This document shows, piece by piece, positions 10,670 to 18,155 of a stretch of 64,000 nucleotides of DNA. Below the pieces are notes generated by a model. That model did no database searches. It saw nothing but the letters and a program-made list of their open reading frames with translations, and was not told the origin of the DNA. This stretch comes from Deltaproteobacteria bacterium (lineage in GTDB: Bacteria > Myxococcota > Kuafuiibacteriia > Kuafuiibacteriales > Kuafuiibacteriaceae), in the NCBI GenBank assembly GCA_040218735.1, contig JAVJQW010000020.1:36114-100113 (forward strand). The letters are read 5' to 3'. The position numbers were made by a program, and so were the translations under genes. The first letter of the stretch is position 1. Every line of letters begins with the position of its first letter.

Positions 10670-12379
10670 ATGACCTCCAGATCCTTCCTTCGTTACGCCT
10701 CCGTCCTCGTCCTTGGCCTCGGCGCCTGCTCCCTCGCCCAGAGCTCCGCCCCTCGCACCACATCCGAAACTCAGGCCCGGCGCCCAGCGCCTCGTGGACC
10801 GGCCCCGGCGGTCAAGACGGCTGCGGTGGCCAAGAAGGCGGACGCCACCGTGGCCTCCCGGGCCGCGCCCGTCGCGCCGACGACCGCGACGCCGCCCGCC
10901 AAACCCAAACCCGCCGACAAGTTCCGACAGACCGCGAAGCTCGAGCGCAAGGCCCCCGCGCCGCCGCCGCCGCCCGCGGAGCCGGTGGCGGCCGACGGTG
11001 ACTTCGAGGGCCGCGCCGACTTCCGCTACAACGCCCCCACCGACACCCGCGAAGACCGCCTGTCGACCTTCGCGGTGGACGTCGACACCGCCGCGTACTC
11101 GATCGCCCGCCGTACCCTCGGCGCGGACCGGATGCCGACCTCCAGCCTTGTCCGCGTCGAAGAGTTCCTGAACTACTTCAAATACGCGTACGGCGCGCCG
11201 CGCGCCGACGGTGAGCTGTTCACGATCGAAGCGGACGGAGCGCGCTCGCCGGTCGACGACACCAAACACATCATGCGCGTCGGCATCCAGGCGAAGTCGC
11301 TCGACCGCCAGACCCGCAAACCGGTCAACCTCGTCTTCCTCGTCGACACCAGCTGCTCCATGACCAGCGGTGACAAGCTCGCCCTGGCGCAGAAGTCACT
11401 CGCGCTCACGGTCGACCAACTCTCCGAGCGCGACCAGGTCGCGATTACGACCTACGCGGGCGGGGTTCGACTCGTGCTCCCGCCGACGAGCGGCGACCAA
11501 AAGGACAAGATCCACGCAGCGCTCCGCGGGCTGCGCACCGGCGGCGGCACCGCGATGGCGTCGGGGATGACGCTGGCCTACCAGCAGGCCGCGAAGATGC
11601 TCTCCGACGATTCGGTCACGCGAATCATCGTGTGCTCCGACGGCGACGCCAACATCGGCGCGACCTCCCCGCACAAGATCCTCGAGTCCATCCAGGGCTA
11701 CGTGAAGGAAGGTGTCTTCCTCTCCACGATCGGGTTCGGCGACGGCAACTACAAGGACGCGATGATGGAGCAGCTCGCGAACAAGGGTAACGGCAACTAC
11801 TTCTACATCGACTCGATGCGCATGGCGGAGCGCGTCTTCGCGCGAGACTTCACCAAGATGGTCCAGGACGTCGCGCAGGACGTGAAGATCCAGGTGGAGT
11901 TCGATCCCACGAAGGTCGCGAGTTATCGGTTGGTCGGCTACGAGAACCGCGACGTCGCCGACGCCGACTTCCGCAACGACGCCGTCGACGCGGGTGAGAT
12001 CGGCGCGGGGCACCAAGTCACGGCGCTCTACGAGCTCACGCTGAAACCCGGCGCCGACGGTCACCTCGCCACGGTCCGCGTGCGCGCCAAGCAGCCGCGC
12101 GGAACCAAGGCCCGTGAGGTCGCCCTCAACGTGCCGATGAACGTCGTCGACGTGCCGTTCACGAAGGCGCCCGACGGGATGCGCTTCGCGACGGCCGTCA
12201 TGGGCGGCGCCGAGCTGCTGCGCAAGAGCCCCTTCGCGGAAGCGTGGACCTACGCGCGCGTCGTCTCCATCGCGTCCGACACGAACCCCAACTGGGATCC
12301 GGATCGGACGGAGTTCATCAGCCTCATGAAGAAGGCAGCCTGGCTCTCGGGTGAGCAGCGCGCCGTGGGTCTGCGATGA
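10670..12379 (+). CDS. YfbK-like vWA domain lipoprotein (vWA_N + vWA + DUF3520)
   Basis: LGAC lipobox, STFAVDVDTAAY, VRVEEFLNYF, DTSCSM MIDAS, SDGDANIG, YRLVGYENR, DAGEIGAGH. Confidence 0.92.
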   Translation: MTSRSFLRYASVLVLGLGACSLAQSSAPRTTSETQARRPAPRGPAPAVKTAAVAKKADATVASRAAPVAPTTATPPAKPKPADKFRQTAKLERKAPAPPPPPAEPVAADGDFEGRADFRYNAPTDTREDRLSTFAVDVDTAAYSIARRTLGADRMPTSSLVRVEEFLNYFKYAYGAPRADGELFTIEADGARSPVDDTKHIMRVGIQAKSLDRQTRKPVNLVFLVDTSCSMTSGDKLALAQKSLALTVDQLSERDQVAITTYAGGVRLVLPPTSGDQKDKIHAALRGLRTGGGTAMASGMTLAYQQAAKMLSDDSVTRIIVCSDGDANIGATSPHKILESIQGYVKEGVFLSTIGFGDGNYKDAMMEQLANKGNGNYFYIDSMRMAERVFARDFTKMVQDVAQDVKIQVEFDPTKVASYRLVGYENRDVADADFRNDAVDAGEIGAGHQVTALYELTLKPGADGHLATVRVRAKQPRGTKAREVALNVPMNVVDVPFTKAPDGMRFATAVMGGAELLRKSPFAEAWTYARVVSIASDTNPNWDPDRTEFISLMKKAAWLSGEQRAVGLR

Positions 12380-12385
12380 CGTGAC

Positions 12386-13486
12386 CTAGGCTGCGGCGGG
12401 CGCAGCTTTGTCCGCAGCCTTGGCCTTCACCGGCGCCGCAGCCACCTCGACGGTCTCGGCGCCCCACGTCGCGGGGGCGCCCAGGTCGACGGGTTCTTCG
12501 CTGAGCACCGCTTCCCGCAGGCGGGTCATCAGCACCGGGCGCGCCTGAAGCCACTCCCGCGCCTTCTCCTTCCCCTGGCCCATCTTCTCCTTCTGGATGG
12601 CGTACCAGGCCCCCGATTTCTCGATGAGGTTCTTCTCGACGCCGAGGTCGATCAACTCACCCGCGACGGAGATGCCCTGGCCGTAGAGGACGTCGAACTC
12701 GGCTTCGCGGAAGGGGGGCGCGACCTTGTTCTTCACCACCTTCACCCGAACGCGGTTGCCGACGATCTGGTCGCTGTTCTTCAGCGCTCCGATCCGTCGG
12801 ATGTCGAGCCGAACCGACGCGTAGAACTTGAGGGCATTACCACCCGTCGTCGTTTCGGGGCTGCCGAACATGACGCCGATCTTGTGACGTGTCTGGTTGA
12901 TGAAAAGGATGGTCGCCTTCGACCGGGCGGCGTGCCCGGTCAATTTGCGCATCGCCTGGGACATGAGTCGCGCTTGAAGCCCTACGTGCGCGTCACCCAT
13001 CTCGCCTTCGATCTCGGCCTTGGGCACGAGCGCCGCGACCGAGTCCACGACGATGAGGTCGACGGTATTGGACCGGATGAGTGTCTCGACGATCTCGAGC
13101 GCCTGCTCCCCGTGGTCCGGTTGTGACACCAGCAGCTGCTCGAGATCGATCCCGAGCGCCTGCGCGTAGCGTGGGTCCAACGCATGCTCGGCGTCGATGA
13201 ACGCCGCGACGCCGCCCGTTCTCTGTACGTTGGCGATCGCGTGGAGCGCGACCGTCGTCTTACCCGAGGCCTCCGGCCCGTACACCTCCACGATTCTCCC
13301 CTTGGGTAGTCCACCGACGCCCAGCGCTCGGTCGACGCCGACAGAGCCGGAAGAGATGACCGCGTCGGGCTCGGTGAATCGGTGCCCTCCGTCGTCTCCC
13401 AAGAGCATGATGGCGCCCCGGCCGAACTGTTTTTCGATCTCCGTCATCGCGGCCTTCACGCCGCTCAACTTCTCTTTGAATCCCAT
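12386..13486 (-). CDS. recA: recombinase RecA (resembles myxobacterial RecA1 paralog)
   Basis: GPEASGKT Walker [45 protein letters not shown]; ATG 13486 downstream of AAGGAG. Confidence 0.97.
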   Translation of the reverse strand: MGFKEKLSGVKAAMTEIEKQFGRGAIMLLGDDGGHRFTEPDAVISSGSVGVDRALGVGGLPKGRIVEVYGPEASGKTTVALHAIANVQRTGGVAAFIDAEHALDPRYAQALGIDLEQLLVSQPDHGEQALEIVETLIRSNTVDLIVVDSVAALVPKAEIEGEMGDAHVGLQARLMSQAMRKLTGHAARSKATILFINQTRHKIGVMFGSPETTTGGNALKFYASVRLDIRRIGALKNSDQIVGNRVRVKVVKNKVAPPFREAEFDVLYGQGISVAGELIDLGVEKNLIEKSGAWYAIQKEKMGQGKEKAREWLQARPVLMTRLREAVLSEEPVDLGAPATWGAETVEVAAAPVKAKAADKAAPAAA

Positions 13487-13538
13487 TTTCTTGCTTGTCT
13501 CCTTGGCCGCTGTCTTCGAGTCGGCGCCCACAGGACTT

Positions 13539-13555
13539 CGCAAGGCGTGTGCCGG
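13539..13555 (-). promoter_or_regulatory. sigma54-type -24/-12 promoter of recA
   Basis: Minus strand CCGGCACACGCCTTGCG: GG-N10-GC with GGCAC and TTGC. Confidence 0.7.
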
Positions 13556-13586
13556 ATGGAGCAGGGGAGTCAGCGCGCAGAAGAAA

Positions 13587-13640
13587 TCCGATAATCGGAC
13601 GACGTTCGATTGTCGGTCGGACGCGTTCGACTTTCGGACG
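13587..13640. promoter_or_regulatory. 54-bp palindromic upstream element, copy 1 (recA)
   Basis: TCCGA-TAA-TCGGA (13587-13599) and TTCGA-CTT-TCGGA (13626-13638); 40/54 ungapped identity to 16899-16952. Confidence 0.75.
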
Positions 13641-13660
13641 AATACGGTAGGGGTTGCTGT

Positions 13661-14284
13661 TCAGTCGAAGACGCAATTCAGAGACAACGCACCTTCGAGG
13701 CGGCGAAGGTATTCTCTACGTGAAATCAGAGAGGCGCCGAGCTTCATCATGTGCGGCGTGGATTGTTGGATGTCGAGCAACACATAACCACGTGCACGCA
13801 GACGCTCGACGAGGTGAACTAGTGCAATCTTGCTTGCGTTGGACTCGCGACTGAACATCGACTCGCCCGCAAACAGACCAGAGATTGCGACGCCGTAGAG
13901 CCCTCCGATGAGTACATCGTCGGACCACACCTCGACGCTGTGGGCGTGACCTCTTTGGTGGAGCGCGCAATAAGCGGCTTGAAGCTGCGGTGTGATCCAC
14001 GTCGACATTCTTCCTGGTCCCGCCGCCGCGCACGCCTCGATGACATCCGAGAACGCCTCGTCGAAGGTCACCCGGATACCTGGCTTACGAAGCGCCTTTC
14101 GCAGCGTTCGGTTGATTCGCAACGCCTCGAGATCGAGCACGGCACGAGGATCCGGGCTGAACCAGGTCATCAGATCGTCATCGAAGATGGGCCAGGGAAA
14201 GATCCCACTTCGGTATGCGAGGACGAGTCGTTCGACCGAAAGATCACCACCGACGGCGACCAAGCCGTCACGGTTCGCACTCAT
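13661..14284 (-). CDS. aat: leucyl/phenylalanyl-tRNA--protein transferase (true start may lie upstream, to 14329)
   Basis: GLVAVGGDL, AYRSGIFPW, SPDPR, TWI, HAHSVEVW, GGLYG, GESMFS, ASKIAL. Confidence 0.95.
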   Translation of the reverse strand: MSANRDGLVAVGGDLSVERLVLAYRSGIFPWPIFDDDLMTWFSPDPRAVLDLEALRINRTLRKALRKPGIRVTFDEAFSDVIEACAAAGPGRMSTWITPQLQAAYCALHQRGHAHSVEVWSDDVLIGGLYGVAISGLFAGESMFSRESNASKIALVHLVERLRARGYVLLDIQQSTPHMMKLGASLISRREYLRRLEGALSLNCVFD

Positions 14285-14413
14285 CGCGCTGGGGAATACG
14301 AGGCGCTGGGTCAGGATGGCAACGATGACGCCGGTGAGCCTAGTCGATACACGTTACGTTTTCTATCGAATAGAACTTGAAACGAGATCTCTTGACACGT
14401 AGTAATTCAGGCC

Positions 14414-14764
14414 ATGGTTGCAGACAAAGTAGCGAAGGAGCTTCGCTCCGCGCTCGATACGATGAAGGCCGAGCGTAGCGAGCTCGACCAGCACATAGCA
14501 GAACTGGAGCAGATGCTCGCAAAGCTCGGGGCCCCCGCGAAGCGTGGGCCGGGCCGTCCGCCGGGCTCCAAGAACAAGAAGACCCGCGGGGTCAAGGCCA
14601 AGCGTGGCCCAGGTCGTCCGCCGGGCTCCAAGAACAAGAAGAAGACGGCGACCAAGAAGAAGACCAAGCGCAACTGGTCGCCCGCAGCACGTAAGGCGGC
14701 CGCGGAACGGATGAAGAAGATCTGGGCCGACCGCAAGAAGAAGACGACCAAGACCAAGAAGTGA
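14414..14764 (+). CDS. small basic protein: N-terminal coiled coil, two AT-hook-like motifs and a basic C-terminal helix (candidate nucleoid-associated protein)
   Basis: LRSALDTMKAERSELDQHIAELEQML; KRGPGRPPGSKNKK twice; WSPAARKAAAERMKKIWADRKK; host-like codon usage. Confidence 0.75.
   Translation: MVADKVAKELRSALDTMKAERSELDQHIAELEQMLAKLGAPAKRGPGRPPGSKNKKTRGVKAKRGPGRPPGSKNKKKTATKKKTKRNWSPAARKAAAERMKKIWADRKKKTTKTKK
14540..14641 (+). repeat. 42-bp direct repeat with 60-bp period encoding the two AT-hook-like motifs
   Basis: AAGCGTGGnCCnGGnCGTCCGCCGGGCTCCAAGAACAAGAAG at 14540 and 14600. Confidence 0.9.
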
Positions 14765-14766
14765 GC

Positions 14767-15309
14767 TCAGACGAGGAGGCGTGCCCCGTCGTTGGGCACG
14801 CCTTCGTGTTCGAGCAACCAGGCCTTCGCGGCCAACCCTCCCCCGTAGCCGGTCAATCGCAGCGTCGACGAAACGACGCGGTGGCAGGGTACGAACAACG
14901 CACAAGGGTTCATTCCATTGGCGTGCCCCGTGGCGCGAAACGCCTCGGGTTTACCTGCGCGTTTGGCAACCTGCGCGTAGGTCGACGTCGAACCCGGCGC
15001 AATCTTCCGAACCGTGCGCCACACCTTCTGCGCGTAGTCGGGACCTTCCAATGCCAGCGGCACCGCACTCAATGCACCCAGGTCACCGCGGAAATACGCG
15101 CGGATCGCCTGCGCCGCGTCGGTGAGTCCCGAGCCCCGGCCGGACCGCGCACCCGGCGCGACCTCGGGCCCTTCACGCGCGAGGCGCTCCACGACCCGAT
15201 CCCACCGCGGCTGAAACTCCGCGCTCCAGACGCTCTGATCGAACGTCACGATCCAAAGGGGCCCGACCGGAGTCGTCACCGTCTTCATCGCCCAGAGGTT
15301 TGCACTCAT
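14767..15309 (-). CDS. ogt: methylated-DNA--protein-cysteine methyltransferase
   Basis: TPVGPL, YFRG, KVW...IAPG...TYAQVA, NP...VPCHRV, LTGYGGGL..K.WLL.HE; ATGA overlap with the comM stop. Confidence 0.93.
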   Translation of the reverse strand: MSANLWAMKTVTTPVGPLWIVTFDQSVWSAEFQPRWDRVVERLAREGPEVAPGARSGRGSGLTDAAQAIRAYFRGDLGALSAVPLALEGPDYAQKVWRTVRKIAPGSTSTYAQVAKRAGKPEAFRATGHANGMNPCALFVPCHRVVSSTLRLTGYGGGLAAKAWLLEHEGVPNDGARLLV

Positions 15310-16838
15310 ACCATCGCTCTCATCGTCGTCGGCGCGAGCCACGTGCTCGGCCGACGGTAACGCATGGCTTCCGCCACGTGGTTTTCATCGATTCGTTCCG
15401 CGCCGTCGAGATCCGCGATCGATCGGGCGACGCGCAGTCCGCGCTCCCATCCGCGCGCCGACAGGCTCAGCTGCGCCATGCAGGTCTTCATGAGGGTCCG
15501 TGCGCTGCGCGTGAGTGGGGCCTCCCGACGAAGTTGGCGACCGCTCAGCCTCGCGTTGATACCTTGCCGCTCACCGCCGCGCTCTCGCGCCGCCGCGACC
15601 CGTTCACGGATCGCCGAGGAGGGTTCGGAGGCCTCGTCGGTCATCAACGCCTCTGGATCGATCGCAGGCGTTTCGACGATGAGATCGATCCGATCCAACA
15701 AGGCACCGCTGATCCGACCCGCGTAGCGACTCACTTCGTCCGACGAACATCGACACTGCCCCGTCGCGCTCCCCAGCCAACCACAGGGGCACGGATTGGC
15801 CGCTGCCACCAACATGAACGACGCCGGGAGCCGGACGGTTTGTCGCGCGCGCGCGATGACGACCTCACGATCCTCCATCGGCTGTCGCAGCGACTCCAAG
15901 ACGTGCCGCGGTAGCTCCGGCATCTCATCGAGGAACAACACCCCGTGGTGCGCCAGTGAGACTTCACCGGGGCGGATCGGATGCCCGCCTCCGATCAGAC
16001 CGGCCTCACTCACCGTGTGGTGAGGCGCGCGGAACGGACGTGCGTCCAACAGTCGGCCCGACCGGAGCGTGAGCCCCGCCGCCGAGTGAACCTGGGTGAC
16101 TTCGATCCGCTCCGTGAGCGACAGCGGCGGGAGGATCGTACCCACGCGCCGCGCCAACATCGTCTTGCCCGCGCCGGGGTTCCCGACCATCAAGACGTTG
16201 TGACCACCGACCGCGGCAATCTCCAGCGCGCGCCGCGCGAGCGTTTGTCCGCGGACCTCGCTGAAGTCACAGGCCTCGTCGTCGTAGGCCGCCGGTGTCA
16301 CCTCGGTCGACGGAGGCGGGAGCACCGACTCGCCCTTGAGGTGACCGACCAACGCCTCGAGCGTCGGGCTCGCGACGACGTCGATCCCCGCGACACTCGC
16401 CGCCTCCGCACCGTTGTCGAACGGCACGATGATCTTCGTTCGCCCCGAAGCTTTCGCGAGCGCCGCGATCGACAGGGCGCCGCGCACGGCGCGCAGGTGC
16501 CCCGACAGCGACAACTCACCAACGATCAGCGCACCTTCCACCGACTCCGGCGGCAGGTGCCCCGCCGCGACGAGCAAACCCACGGCCATCGGGAGGTCGA
16601 GCGACGCGCCGTCCTTTCTGAGCGCCGCCGGGGCCAGATTCACCGTGATGCGTTTGCTCGGCAGGTGAAGCTCCGCGGAGCGCAAGGCAGCTTGCACGCG
16701 GTAGCGCGCCTCCTTCACCGCGGCGTCGCCCAGGCCGATGATCGAGAAGAACGGTAGGCCCTGCGCGAGCTCGATCTCGACGTCCACCGGCCGGGCCTCG
16801 ACGCCGACGACCGTCGCGGTGCGAATGGAAGCGACCAC
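15306..16838 (-). CDS. comM: YifB/ComM Mg-chelatase-like AAA+ ATPase
   Basis: ITVNLAPA, DLP.A, GELSLSG, GNPGAGKT, RPFRAPHH, GEVSLAHHGVLFLDE, NPCPCG, LLDRID. Confidence 0.93.
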   Translation of the reverse strand: MVASIRTATVVGVEARPVDVEIELAQGLPFFSIIGLGDAAVKEARYRVQAALRSAELHLPSKRITVNLAPAALRKDGASLDLPMAVGLLVAAGHLPPESVEGALIVGELSLSGHLRAVRGALSIAALAKASGRTKIIVPFDNGAEAASVAGIDVVASPTLEALVGHLKGESVLPPPSTEVTPAAYDDEACDFSEVRGQTLARRALEIAAVGGHNVLMVGNPGAGKTMLARRVGTILPPLSLTERIEVTQVHSAAGLTLRSGRLLDARPFRAPHHTVSEAGLIGGGHPIRPGEVSLAHHGVLFLDEMPELPRHVLESLRQPMEDREVVIARARQTVRLPASFMLVAAANPCPCGWLGSATGQCRCSSDEVSRYAGRISGALLDRIDLIVETPAIDPEALMTDEASEPSSAIRERVAAARERGGERQGINARLSGRQLRREAPLTRSARTLMKTCMAQLSLSARGWERGLRVARSIADLDGAERIDENHVAEAMRYRRPSTWLAPTTMRAMV

Positions 16839-16851
16839 GGCGCCGTGCAAG

Positions 16852-16868
16852 AGCAAACACGAGGCCAA
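16852..16868 (-). promoter_or_regulatory. sigma54-type -24/-12 promoter of comM-ogt
   Basis: Minus strand TTGGCCTCGTGTTTGCT: GG-N10-GC. Confidence 0.7.
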
Positions 16869-16898
16869 CCCTGCGCGCGGATCCGGCCCGTCGATATC

Positions 16899-16952
16899 TC
16901 CGAAAACCGGACGACGTCCGAAATGCGTCCGAAAGCGTTCGATTTTCGAAAG
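16899..16952. promoter_or_regulatory. 54-bp palindromic upstream element, copy 2 (comM)
   Basis: TCCGA-AAA-CCGGA (16899-16911) and TTCGA-TTT-TCGAA (16938-16950); same layout as the recA copy. Confidence 0.75.
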
Positions 16953-16961
16953 ACGTCCGGC

Positions 16962-17936
16962 TCAGTCCGAAGTCGCGAGCGCTCCGAGCGAGGCGCCGAC
17001 CGCGTCCGTCGGATCGATCGGCACGCTCCCGCGCCGCACTTCGAAATGGAGGTGAGGCCCCGTCGACCGCCCGGTGTTCCCGACCAGCCCGATCGGCGTC
17101 CCGCGGTGCACCTCCGCGCCGACGCCGACGAGCGCGCGCTTGAGGTGCGCGTACATGGTCACGAAGCCGCCGGCGTGTTGGACGACGACCGTCCGTCCGT
17201 GTCCACCGAGCCACCCGACCGAGGACACCCGTCCGGGGCCGGCCGCGCTCACCACGTCGCCGCGGTTCGCGCCGAGGTCGACGCCCGCGTGAAAGCGCAC
17301 CTCTTCCTCTCCTAGTATGGGATCACGTCGATAACCGAACGGGCTCGTCACGATGAGCGGGGTGAGCGGCCAGGCCAGGCGGACGTCGTACTTGGGTTTG
17401 GTGCTTCGGCGGCGCGCGACCTTTCGGCTCGCCTGCATGTGCATCGCGACCTTCACGAAGTCATCACGGACGCGACGCGCGAGGGTGTCGGGCGGGGCCC
17501 CGAAGCGCATCTTCGTCTTGTCGAGCTCGACCTCCAGCGTGACGCGGGTCTGGATGAGCACACGTCGAGGCAACGCGCCGCGCGGTGCGCCGAGGCCTTT
17601 TTCCACCCGTACTAATATGGCCTCGAACGCTTCGACCATCGGGCGCGGCCAGACGGAGGCTTCGTCGAGCTCCTTCGCGAGCGCCTGCCGCCGCGCGCTG
17701 AAGCGGAGCAGGTCGAGCTCGAGCGCGTGGGCGAGGGCCTCGTAGTCCACGGCGACGGTCCGGGAGTCGTCGAGGGTGAGCGCCCGTCGAGTGGGTCGTT
17801 TGGCCCGCTTCAGCGGGGAGACGGCGGGGCGAAGATCGGCGACGCCGTCGGCGCGATCCTGCTCCCACGTCGTCCGGCCGGTGCTGGCCGAGCAGCCGGC
17901 CAGGGCCAGCGCGAAGACGAGGGCGCGTCGAGGCAC
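16962..17936 (-). CDS. M23 family metallopeptidase lipoprotein
   Basis: LAGC lipobox; TSPFGYRRDP, HAGVDL (HxxxD), YAHL, GNTGRSTGPHLHFE. Confidence 0.92.
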   Translation of the reverse strand: MPRRALVFALALAGCSASTGRTTWEQDRADGVADLRPAVSPLKRAKRPTRRALTLDDSRTVAVDYEALAHALELDLLRFSARRQALAKELDEASVWPRPMVEAFEAILVRVEKGLGAPRGALPRRVLIQTRVTLEVELDKTKMRFGAPPDTLARRVRDDFVKVAMHMQASRKVARRRSTKPKYDVRLAWPLTPLIVTSPFGYRRDPILGEEEVRFHAGVDLGANRGDVVSAAGPGRVSSVGWLGGHGRTVVVQHAGGFVTMYAHLKRALVGVGAEVHRGTPIGLVGNTGRSTGPHLHFEVRRGSVPIDPTDAVGASLGALATSD

Positions 17937-18155
17937 GCCCCATCATTCGGTCAATGGGCGCGGGTTTCAAGCGAATGACCGCCGCCGGCCGGTCGCCGAC
18001 CCCGAGTCCAGGTCCAAGTGAACGGTCGGGGAAGCATGTGGTTGACCAGGTACCAGGGTGGGCACCACCCAAGATCGTATTTTGACACGCGGTTTCGCCC
18101 CCTACCTTTCGGGCTGCCGAGCCCAGCGGCACGACTGGGTGCAGGAGATACTTTC

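Noticed and set aside
13645-13667. GTTCAG as a myxobacterial LexA box upstream of recA
   Set aside because: Only a half-site; the matching CTR half is absent and it overlaps the aat stop codon
12850-16300. Genomic island or prophage
   Set aside because: No integrase, transposase, tRNA or att-like repeats; the genes are core-type
18127-18143. CGGCACG...TGCA as a sigma54 promoter
   Set aside because: GG-to-GC spacing is 11 nt rather than the required 10
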